Shown: in pieces, positions 11,943 through 22,538 of the stretch
Layout of the letters: every line of letters begins with the position of its first letter
How positions within the stretch are numbered: the first letter of the stretch is position 1
NCBI GenBank assembly: GCA_032718475.1
Contig: JAUCBJ010007259.1
Location: 1 to 47,402 of the forward strand
Length of the DNA: 47,402 nucleotides
From: Nemertoderma westbladi
Taxonomy: Eukaryota > Animalia > Xenacoelomorpha
Direction: 5' to 3'
The notes under the pieces: model-generated
Seen by the model: only the letters and a program-made list of their open reading frames with translations
The model's database searches: none
Told to the model about the DNA's origin: nothing
Position numbers and translations under genes: made by a program

Positions 11943-12079
11943 CAGGTTTACCGGTTGACCGGTACTTTCAACTTTATTGCTTACTGCAATAAAGAAGCTA
12001 TATCCTTTAATGTTCTTACCAGAACAATATTAAACTGTATTTAATGCCTACACTGCAATACAGACTAAATATCCGTTAT

Positions 12080-13261
12080 TGTTCGCGCTTTCAGACCTTT
12101 GGCAGTTTAACCCGCCAAATTAGGATGTCTTCTAGATAATAAATCACCTTTAGTCTATAACAAGTATTTAATTCACTACACTAGTCGAAACCAATCTGTG
12201 CGCGATCATTCACCCGCTGGATATACCCGGGAGATTGGGTTCGACGGCTTAATTTTATTGCTATGTAAGCCTAATGTATTATTCGACTGACAGTATTATA
12301 TAATCTCTGACAATATTATTCACCTTCGGGGAATATTAACAGATCCTTTAGGACGTGGCGCTTTATCTATACAAACAGAGTTATGACTTAAACTACTCAC
12401 AACGATATGGCTTAGTTATAATTCACATATATGGCGCATTCTTTAGGAAATGCTTCGTTATCAGTCTCACTCATACACAATGCTGCACAATACTGCACAC
12501 TGATCTGCCGATCTTCACTGATTTTAGTCACATATAAAAGGAACACGGACCGAATCATGTAGGGTCTATCAAATAACATTAGATTCACTTCAAACCACTC
12601 AACATAGGTCGCAATCATTTATCTGTAACCTTTCTCTCTTACCTTCGGTATATCAAGAATATTGGGTTTTCGGGTTATTTGTCGTTATTCCAAATATAAT
12701 AATTCATCAACCATATTATGAAGAACTGACAGTAAATAGCAGTATAACAATATAAAAGTATGCACAGTGTTACACAGTATGCAGTGTATGCAGTACTGCA
12801 GTATGCAGATAATGGATATATGTCCTTATAATTAAGCCTACTAGTGTAGGACTAAAAACTGAAAACACGGAGGTGCCAAAAGCCGGTTCTTAGGCTCTGG
12901 GCAAAACATAACACTGAACTACTGAGTTTCTGTATACACCTCCAACACAGAGACAACAAACGCTCTGATTGGTCAACCTGAACAACGAGAGAACAAAGAA
13001 ACAAAGAAACGTCGACGTGGCAATATCAGCTGCTAGCCGTCGTCATGGTAGCGACACTGTTTTCAAGAGTATCGAGCTTTTACGTCACGGAATTACGGAT
13101 TATGTCCTCCAAAGTACAAATACAGAAGAAATAGCTTTTATGTCCGCTAAAACACCAGTACAGCAAGGACACGGCCTTTTTATGCCTGGTAAACCAACTA
13201 CAGAGTATTTTACGGGAAAAATAAGGAAAAATAACCGGACAATTCAGCAAAAGCTTTTACA
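12080..13261 (-). repeat. 5' LTR of the BEL/Pao element
   Basis: Direct repeat of 1297-2478, lying upstream of gag on the minus strand. Confidence 0.96.
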
Positions 13262-15010
13262 CGCAGTATCCTGTTATGTACCATCCAGAGACAGGGTATC
13301 TTCAGTAGTTACATCCCTGCATGGACTACCATAGAGCAGCACAGGCCCCACTGCTGCACGGAAAAGGTGTACCTTAAAAGAGCAGGGTATATCGCAGTTC
13401 TTCCACATTCAGTTGGATGGCGGTCCAGGCTTCCCTTTGCGAATTCGACGATCTTCACCAGACCTCCGAAAGAAGAACACTGGATGCAACCTTCTCTTAG
13501 TAACAGCTTCGGGGCTCCATCCAATGTTTCTGACAGGTTCATCATCGGTTAGATCTTTTGCTGTGAACCTACGACTGCGGCAATCTGATGGTGGAGATAT
13601 TTCTTCCACATCAGCGTTATGAATACGAATATGGAGTACTCCACCACAGTAATGAAGATAAAGGGGGCTAATATGTCTCCTTGAAGGACATCCCAGAGAA
13701 CCTCGAATGGTCTGTGTCTCCATTAGTAGATACGAAGGTAGTGGAACCGTTAAACTGACCTGACTGCATTAATGATCTCATTGGCAATCCCATATGCCCG
13801 AATAATTTGCAACATGCGTGGGCGTGTAACAGAATCGTAGGCCATGGAGAAACCCACAAATATGACAGACCAATATCTGTGTTTTTTGCAGACTGTTCAA
13901 TAATCCTTCTAACTGCCGGAATGGACTCAAACATACTTCCAGCTTTTCGAAACCCTTTCTGATTCTCACGTAAGAGTCTTTCATCAGGATAACCCTGAGG
14001 CGATCCAGCATAATTCGGTTGAATAATATTTTCATGACCCAAAATAAGAGAGAATGCCCTTTTCTCCGAAACGGGCATCAGCCGATTAGTCTTCAGTTCT
14101 TGTGGTGCAATCTTAGTGCGTTACATTTCAACCAGTATAGGGTGGAGTAGTAGAAGGCATTCTCTGATCTTAAAGAACTCGGGATGCTCATCATCAACGC
14201 CAGATGCCATTGGCTTTAATCTCCTTTGAAGCAGTCTAGAACTCTTCGAATTTTTTTTCACCAAATAGGTATCTGAATGAGAATATTATTGTGTCTGACA
14301 TAAAGAGAAATCGTCAGTTAGTTCTCGATTGTGATTTACCAAATTTTCGAAAATGAAGAATGAGCCTTGACCTTTGCACTTTCATCATCAGCATTGAAAG
14401 CATCAACCTGCTGGGTGATTCGCTCTGTTTTATTGATGGATTATTAACTGTTAAGATATGTTACTGCATCGTTCAATTTTCCTGTTTGTTCTTCGGCTAC
14501 GATACTCTCTTTGGGCTTTGTTCAGTGCCTCTCGCAAGTCTAGAATGCTTTAGTCTGCCGCCAGGGGTATCTTCTTCAGCTTCTGTGGCTTCAGAGGAAC
14601 AGTTGTCTTTGAAGCTGATTTTACAGTTGCAGAGAACGGAGTATATATCTCACTGGTTCATTTCATCTCTTATAAGGCTGGAATATCAATTAGAAACACT
14701 AATAGTAATTTATATTTTATAATGGGGTTTTTCTAGGTATACCTGTCATGATGTGGGGTGGGTAGACTCTTTAAGACCCTATTGTCACCAAGGATTGATT
14801 TGATTGATCCTTCCCCCCAATCAGGCGATGATAAGTATCAAATGTGCGCACTGTGAGAGAGTAGCAGTCAAATAGTGATCCTCCATATATATCTTACGGA
14901 AGATGAGGTGGTCGATTTGTGACTTACAGTATGACCACGGGGTCCACATACATACAGCTTTCCAGGTAATTTTTGGATATTGAAATTGGCCGAAAACAGT
15001 TCGCATGCCA
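13262..15010 (-). mobile_element. Decayed LINE ORF2 (endonuclease C-terminus, linker, RT), frameshifted and internally deleted
   Basis: Remnant motifs on the minus strand: KSQIDHLIFRK (APE endonuclease), LLRENQKGFRK..VRRIIE, VLQGDILAP and SGEDRRIRKGK. Confidence 0.8.
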
Positions 15011-16239
15011 GACGAATAATTTATAGATTATATTTCGGTTTAAATTGTCACTGTAACACCAAGGGTTTGTTTGAAGAGGTAGAGGGCGGGTTTGAAAAGT
15101 TTCTATTACCTGGAGAATTGCATGTGATGTGTCGTGTGTTTTGTTACATTAACTAACTTGTGAGTGAGTGAAATAAAGGACTCTTGGATCTAAGCATCTC
15201 AACACGTTAAAGGGATCATCGCGTGGCATGAAGTAAGCAAGCATATCATACGGGTACCGTGTCAACCGTTGCCAAGTCGCCCTCTAGCGGGCTACTGGAG
15301 AACTGCTGGGTCCCCATGCCAATTATATTTCAGAGTTTTGATAAACTATATGTGTACCAAGTTGGGTTTAATTCCATAAAAAGTTCACTTTTTTTTTTTC
15401 AAATTCTTACCATTCGTTTTTAATTATAATATATCCGTTTGAGCTTTACTATACATACAAATCTAATCATTAGATAGGCGGAGTTAATAAAAATAATCTA
15501 CCATGGCCTCATATAATTTATTAGGAGGCCTTAAATATAAAATGTAGGGATTATATTAAACGAACAGATAACAATATTATTAACTATAGTTATTATCTCT
15601 CTAATTATCTCATGTTCTTTATTGAACTAAAATTAAATTAAACTCAAATCCGAATATTTACCTGGCTTATCAATAGAAATGTTACTTCCTTGTTTACGAT
15701 AAATAATGCAGTGTTTCTCACTAGTGAATACACATTGTGTAATTTATGTAAGATTATTTGTCTGTTGAAACTAATTTTACTAACTGAACATATTATATGA
15801 TATTGGTTTCTAATAGCGTTTCAACTGTGTAACACATCCATGTTGTTCTAAACACTAGTCATCACTGGGACCTCTGGAAATATTTTTTACTCTATATTGG
15901 CTCAAACTTTACAGGAAAATGCCGTACAAATTTTTGGATTCTGGATGTGCGCAACTATGTTTATCTCCAACAAATTCCCCACACAATGACAACTTGGCGC
16001 GCTCTTTTTGACGAACTTGCCATACAAAGATTACATTACGTTTTGTTTCTGGAACTGGACCTAAAGTCGTCCAATACACCTCTAGCGGTTGGATTATGAA
16101 TTTAAACTGCATTGTGATCAAACTTCGTGGACAAAAATTCAAACATTATTCGATAGTTCGTGGGAATTGAATGTTTCAATTCCATATTTCTTTACTGCAA
16201 AACTGCAATAGATATTAGCGTAAAGCAATTTTTATTACA

Positions 16240-18147
16240 ATGTGGTTGTTATTAGTTGCATTGTGTTACTTACCTACTGGTGTATATACTTTGATCAAAG
16301 TTCATCCAGCTGGAAGAGACTGTTTAATGCCAGACGACCAATTAGAATTATCTTACTACAATGAGTTAATTACATATGGGAAACTATTTCACATAACACT
16401 GTGGATTCATCTTGAAACTTGGGGTGGAAATTGGCAAAGTAGTCTGGAACTTAGTAAATTTGGCAAGTTAAGTCCACTAAACACCGGCTCAATTACAACC
16501 GACCCTGCGAAACACACTGTTAGGTTTATACTAAACAGGGTACCTAATGACAATGACTTTCCCAATTATGTCCACAGTTGGCAATTCGCATGTTCATTAG
16601 AAACATCAGACCACATAATATCGAGTAAAATCTCAATAAACCGATGCAAAAGTTCGCCTCTACAATGCGGATGTGATGAATTGTTAGAAACTGATAGTTC
16701 TATTTGCACCCTCGTGTACGACCCTAGAACCGGTAGGTTAATCACACAAACAGAAGTGCTACTTCAATGTAAAGCAACTGATTGGATTCCCTCTCCTTCT
16801 CAAACGCTATTTGAATGGACCTCAGATGCTACAGGTTCATTAAACAGCAGCATTTTGAAGAAAGATAACTACGAACTCCTCGAATATGATGTAAAAGACA
16901 ACATTCTCGCCGAGTTTAACTATTTTGACAACTCAACATTTAACTGCCGCGCTATAAACCTCAAATCAGCGGGCGTCGTAGAATGCACTGTGGTCGTGGT
17001 AACACATTACCTTGCTACTGACCTCGATATAGATAGAAATAATTTGAAACTCTTCGAGAAATCTCCATTAATTTTATCAGAAGGAGAAATTCTCGAATTA
17101 CACGCGGATTTTCTATCTGGTTGGCCTTATAATAACGTGATTTGGATGAAACAAGTAGACGATGATATTGAGGTACTTGGTAACGACTTTAAGTTAACAA
17201 TTACCGTCGATGTCAATGACAGTGGGATCTACTGGTATAGAGTTTATAACTCTCCCAAACAACCTGATGATATTTATGTAGAAAGTGGGACTGTAACTGT
17301 CGTGATCATCAGTGATACAGTTTCCACTCCTTACCATTCAGGTGATGTCAGCGATAGGCCACAAGTAATTATTGATAATGTATCAAATGCAAATGTAGAT
17401 TTTGATACAGAGGGGTTTGTTATCATTAATTATGGATCTAAGGACAATGATAGTTCTGTAGATGAACGCCCGGCGCGATCTGCTATCATAACAACAGCCA
17501 CGATAGCTACAATCGTGATACTTATTCTTGGTTGTGTGGTCATATGGATTCTGTGTAGGAAGTACCAGATAGGTAAAACCCATAAAACGGGAACAGCGAG
17601 ATGCAACTACGTCACCGAAATGGTTGCAACAGGAGGTGAAGTTGAACCAAACACTGGAGTTGATATGGAAGAGGATCAGTATGAAATAGAAACAATAGTA
17701 GTGGCAAATAATGGATATCCCAAGGATACGTTTTCTTTAACTCGGTACGAAAAATTACGAGATTTCATTACGGGAAAAAAATCAGTTCCACTGGAAATAT
17801 CTGATAATCAAGGCGGTCGTCACAACGGCGTGAAGATTACAAGCGATGTTTACGCCGTGGTTGAAAAACCGAAGAAACGAAAGTTGGAAAAGAAAACATC
17901 AATGCGAGTTTCAATCAAGAAGTTAGGGGCGAAATTGAGTCGGTCGAAACAGAGTCAATTTGGAAAGGAAGGTGACGTTACTGAAGTTGTGAATGAAACT
18001 CATGAGATATACTCACAACCGCAGCCAAGAATCTCCAGAAACATAGTTGAAAATACTAAAGATGTCACGGTAACATCTGTTGCTGAGGATACTGATATGT
18101 ACTTGGATGCAGAGAGTGTGCCAGCTATACCCGATAGGAAGTATTAA
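16240..18147 (+). CDS. Intronless type I transmembrane immunoglobulin-superfamily protein, 635 aa
   Basis: Signal peptide MWLLLVALCYLPTGVYT; Ig-like patterns LQCKA..FEW..FNCRAIN and VIWMK..LTITVDVNDSGIYWYRVYN; TM helix AIITTATIATIVILILGCVVIWILC followed by RK; a cytoplasmic tail of about 195 aa with several Tyr; AATAAA at about 18293. Confidence 0.85.
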   Translation: MWLLLVALCYLPTGVYTLIKVHPAGRDCLMPDDQLELSYYNELITYGKLFHITLWIHLETWGGNWQSSLELSKFGKLSPLNTGSITTDPAKHTVRFILNRVPNDNDFPNYVHSWQFACSLETSDHIISSKISINRCKSSPLQCGCDELLETDSSICTLVYDPRTGRLITQTEVLLQCKATDWIPSPSQTLFEWTSDATGSLNSSILKKDNYELLEYDVKDNILAEFNYFDNSTFNCRAINLKSAGVVECTVVVVTHYLATDLDIDRNNLKLFEKSPLILSEGEILELHADFLSGWPYNNVIWMKQVDDDIEVLGNDFKLTITVDVNDSGIYWYRVYNSPKQPDDIYVESGTVTVVIISDTVSTPYHSGDVSDRPQVIIDNVSNANVDFDTEGFVIINYGSKDNDSSVDERPARSAIITTATIATIVILILGCVVIWILCRKYQIGKTHKTGTARCNYVTEMVATGGEVEPNTGVDMEEDQYEIETIVVANNGYPKDTFSLTRYEKLRDFITGKKSVPLEISDNQGGRHNGVKITSDVYAVVEKPKKRKLEKKTSMRVSIKKLGAKLSRSKQSQFGKEGDVTEVVNETHEIYSQPQPRISRNIVENTKDVTVTSVAEDTDMYLDAESVPAIPDRKY

Positions 18148-18324
18148 TTATATAATTTTATTCTTAATTTATTATTATTATAAATAAATGTTGTTCTCGA
18201 AACTGTTTCAAATTGTTCATTTGTTGTTTAAAATAAACCATGTTTCCATGTAAATGGTTCTTACATCCTTTTTTAAACTTATAGTTACATTTAATAAAGT
18301 TACATTGTTTTATATGGTTGGTAA

Positions 18325-18493
18325 AGGGGGATCCCCAACCAACGCGGACGCGTGACGCGGATGCGTCAAACGTTAAAAGCAATAAGAGAGAGCGGGATTT
18401 TTAAATATTAATTTTTAAACTGAAATTCAAAATGGATGCTAACGATTTACTGCTGCTTGCAGTCATTAACAGAAGAAGAAACAGGAAATACAG
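18325..18493 (+). mobile_element. Possible 5' end of a PIF/Harbinger-like element including the transposase start
   Basis: A GC-rich segment with GACGCG repeats, then ATG at 18432 giving MDANDLLLLAVINRRRNRKYSRFWVHPLW, which resembles the N-terminus of Harbinger transposases. No matching right TIR was found. Confidence 0.45.
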
Positions 18494-20761
18494 TCGTTTC
18501 TGGGTACATCCCTTGTGGTCTCGTTTCTTGGTACATCCCTTGTGGTCTCGTTTCTGGATACATCCCTTGTGGTCTCGTTTCTGGATACATCCCTTGTGGT
18601 CTCGTTTCTGGGTACATCCCTTGTGGTCTCGTTTCTGGGTACATCCCTTGTGGTCTCGTTTCTGGGTACATCCCTTGTGGTCTCGTTTCTGGGCACATCC
18701 CTTGTGGTCTCGTTTCTGGATACATCCCTTATGGTCTCGTTTCTGGATACATGCCTTGTGGTCTCGTTTCTGGATACATCCCTTGTGGTCTCGTTTCTGG
18801 ATACATCCCTTGTGGTCTCGTTTCTGGATACATCCCTTGTGGTCTCGTTTCTGGATACATCCCTTGTGGTCTCGTTTCTGGGTACATCCCTTGTAGTCTC
18901 GTTTCTGGGTACATCCCTTGTGGTTTCGTTTTTGGGTACATCCCTTGTGGTCTCGTTTCTGGGTACATCCCTTGTGGTCTCGTTTCTGGGTACATCCCTT
19001 GTGGTCTCGTTTCTGGGTACATCCCTTGTGGTCTCGTTTCTGGGTACATTCCTTGTGGTCTCGTTTCTGGGTACATCCCTTGTGGTCTCGTTTCTGGATA
19101 CATCCCTTGTGGTCTCGTTTCTGGGTACATCCCTTGTCGTCTCGTTTCTGGATACATCCCTTGTGGTCTCGTTTCTGGATACATCCCTTGTGGTCTCGTT
19201 TCTGGATACATCCTTTGTGGTCTCGTTTCTGGGTACATCCGTTGTGGTCTCGTTTCTGGTTACATCCCTTGTGGACTCGTTTCTGGATACATCCCTTGTT
19301 GTCTCGTTTCTGGATTCATCCCTTGTGGTCTCGTTTCTGGGTACATCCCTTGTGGTCTCGTTTCTGGGTACATCCCTTGTGGTCTCGTTTCTGGATACAT
19401 CCCTTGTGGTCTCGTTTCTGGGTACATCCCTTGTCGTTTCGTTTCTGGATACATCCCTTGTGGTCTCGTTTCTGGATACATCGCTTGTGGTCTCGTTTCT
19501 GGATACATCCTTTGTGGTCTCGTTTCTGGGTACATCCGTTGTGGTCTTGTTTCTGGTTACATCCCTTGTGGACTTGTTTCTGGATACATCCCTTGTGGTC
19601 TCGTTTCTGGATACATCCCTTGTGGTCTCGTTTCTGGATACATCCCTTGTGGTCTCGTTTCTGGGTACATACCTTGTGGTCTCGTTTCTGGGTACATCCC
19701 TTGTGGTCTCGTTTCTGGGTACATCCCTTGTGGTCTCGTTTCTGGGTACATCCCTTGTCGTCTCGTTTCTGGGTACATCCCTTGTGGTCTCGTTTCTGGA
19801 TACATCCCTTGTCGTCTCGTTTCTGGGTACATCCCTTGTGGTCTCGTTTCTGGGTACATCCCTTGTGGTCTCGTTTCTGGGTACATCCCTTGTGGTCTCG
19901 TTTCTGGGTACATCCCTTGTGGTCTCGTTTCTGTGTACATCCCTTGTGGTCTCGTTCCTGGGTACATGCCTTGTGGTCTCGTTTCTGGGTACATCCCTTG
20001 TGGTCTCGTTTCTGGGTACATCCCTTGTGGTCTCGTCTCTGGATACATCCCTTGTGGTCTCGTTTCTGGGTACATCCCTTGTGGTCTCGTTTCTGGATAC
20101 ATCCCTTGTGGTCTCGTTTCTGGGTACATCCCTTGTCGTCTCGTTTCTGGATACATCCCTTGTGGTCTCGTTTCTGGATACATCCCTTGTGGTCTCGTTT
20201 CTGGATACATCCTTTGTGGTCTCGTTTCTGGGTACATCCGTTGTGGTCTCGTTTCTGGTTACATCCCTTGTGGACTCGTTTCTGGATACATCCCTTGTGG
20301 TCTCGTTTCTGGATACATCCCTTGTGGTCTCGTTTCTGGGTACATCCCTTGTGGTCTCGTTTCTGGGTACATCCCTTGTGGTCTCGTTTCTGGATACATC
20401 CCTTGTGGTCTCGTTTCTGGGTACATCCCTTGTCGTCTCGTTTCTGGGTACATCCCTTGTGGTCTCGTTTCTGGATACATCCCTTGTCGTCTCGTTTCTG
20501 GGTACATCCCTTGTGGTCTCGTTTCTGGGTACATCCCTTGTGGTCTCGTTTCTGGGTACATCCCTTGTGGTCTCGTTTCTGGGTACATCCCTTGTGGTCT
20601 CGTTCCTGGGTACATGCCTTGTGGTCTCGTTTCTGGGTACATCCCTTGTGGTCTCGTTTCTGGGTACATCCCTTGTGGTCTCGTTTTTGGGTACATCCCT
20701 TGTGGTCTCGTTTCTGGGTACATCCCTTGTGGTCTCGTTTCTGGATACATCCCTTGTGGTC
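18494..20761. repeat. 27-bp satellite, about 84 copies
   Basis: Unit TCTCGTTTCTGG(G/A)TACATCCCTTGTGG. Confidence 0.98.
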
Positions 20762-21194
20762 ATGCAGACCAGCAATATTGGTGACAAGGGACTACAAGCA
20801 AAAGGCCCACTGTAGCACTGTACACTGTAGCATTTCGACAGTTTATCATTTGCTCAGTATAATTAATTGTACAGAGTTATATTAATAATGTACATATTAA
20901 AGACGACGTCAAGACGGCGTCGAGACGCCGTGAAGGAACCGAAGTTAAACCAAACCGAAACTAATATTTTTACAGGCCATAAGCCGCAAACTTTTTTTTC
21001 CAGGATATCAACTCTAAACCAGTTTCGAATCTGAGCGCCTGGTTACGAATTTGGATTTCCAATTACGAATTTAAATACCTGGTTACAAATCTGTATTTCC
21101 GCATTACGAATCAATGTGTTTGGTTAAAAATATAAGCACCTTGTCACGAATTGATGTCCCTGGTTACAATTTGTTACAAATGGTTGGGGTTGAA

Positions 21195-21316
21195 AATATG
21201 AGCACCCAGTATCAGCCAGCTCTACCTATACCTTATACTGTAATTTCCAGGTTTGCAAATATGAGCACCCAGTATCAGCCAGCACTACCTATACCTTATA
21301 CTGTAATTTGCAGGTA
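21195..21316. repeat. 62-bp tandem duplication
   Basis: AAATATGAGCACCCAGTATCAGCCAGC..TACCTATACCTTATACTGTAATTT.CAGGT occurs twice. Confidence 0.9.
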
Positions 21317-22020
21317 TGTTCAGCATTTATAATAAAAAATTGCACCAAGGTAGTGAACAAAGTTAGTTAGCAAACAATTGTATTATCTCATAATCTGTTC
21401 CTAATAATTAATTATTAAAGCAGTTAGGGCACCATCTCCTGTCTACATCAAAATTATATCTGATACCAAACACCACTCATATTAATGTTGCAAAAACATA
21501 ATTAAACCTCCAAACTCTGATTTTAATTGAACATTGCCACTATTAGTATAGTTTATTAATAGTACCCTACAGTTAACAGTATATATATGGCGAGTTAGAA
21601 CTGCGAGTCATCAGTGAACTTAGGTGTATAGGTTTCAGTGTGTGTGTGTCGGAAGCCAATATCAGGATATATAACTAGCCATATTATAATTATAATTCTT
21701 CGCGAGATGGGTTGCAGTTTCTGCTGCACGAAGGCCGCATTCGTGTACACTCTATAACTAAAAAGTCATTCAGGTGGCCAGCTTTTCCCAGGAACCTACT
21801 GTAATAGACATTCGCATTCATTGAATCCAGGGCAAGAGTTTGTGTTGGATTAAAGGAGCTATCAGCTGGGTAAAATGTTATATAGAGACAGGTAGATTCC
21901 ACTATGTATTCCCTCTGGTATGACAGATTCATATAATTAATGTTTGCCAAGCAAGTCATTAACTCACCTCCCTCCCTCTCGGATTTTTAAATACATCAAT
22001 TATTATTATTAGCTGAGTAT

Positions 22021-22114
22021 TAAGTATGTACCGGTAAGGTGATGTTATATATATATTTGTGTAGATTAAAGTAAAGTGTCAGACTTGTATGAACGTGTAT
22101 TTCAGTATTTAACA
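22021..22114 (+). repeat. Partial 5' LTR (last 94 bp only)
   Basis: Matches 27323-27416 with one mismatch; the sequence upstream does not match 27267-27322. Confidence 0.9.
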
Positions 22115-22132
22115 TGGTAGCAGAGCGTGGTT
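22115..22132 (+). promoter_or_regulatory. Primer-binding site complementary to the 3' end of initiator tRNA-Met
   Basis: TGGTAGCAGAGCGTGGTT lies directly after the terminal AACA of the LTR. Confidence 0.9.
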
Positions 22133-22538
22133 GTACCGTTACCAAACAGATTTAGGCCTATTGAAAACTTATTTTAATATAGACATATTGGTGTGGCAAA
22201 GACAGAGATCGACTACCACCTACAGACTTTACTTAACTGTGTACTGCTGACTAGGGCTACAGCTGTACATGCAGTGCAGACAGGCCAGCAGGCTGACGTG
22301 CTGTGCCTGTTACCAGTATCCTATTATTACCACTGTCGGTACCGAATCATCTGACCGTTGCGTTGATCCATTTAATCTGTTCAGACAGGCAGACAGCCCC
22401 GTATTGGTATTGGTCATACGGGTCTGATGGTAGGCCTAGGCTTACAGGCCTATATCCATCCAGATATCATATTTACCGGTATTGCGGTACCTTACTGCTA
22501 AGGGTAACCGGTCTGCCGGTGCAAGAATCAAACGGACT

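Larger units (their letters stand above)
1297..13261 (-). mobile_element. BEL/Pao LTR retrotransposon, non-autonomous (gag-protease retained; RT, most of RNase H and integrase missing)
   Basis: Two 1182-bp direct repeats bounded by TGT...ACA, a 5-bp TSD CGCAG at 1292-1296 and 13262-13266, and BEL-type gag zinc knuckles and protease on the minus strand. Confidence 0.95.

Noticed and set aside
18436-20885. ORFs of 650-780 aa in several frames (mucin-like RNETT repeats, Cys-rich GYIPCGLVS and others)
   Set aside because: The 27-bp unit is a multiple of 3 and stop-free in all six frames, so long ORFs arise automatically. None has unique domains.
22482-22538. ORF-track start of the Copia polyprotein
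   Set aside because: It is a TTG start; the first in-frame ATG is at 22539.
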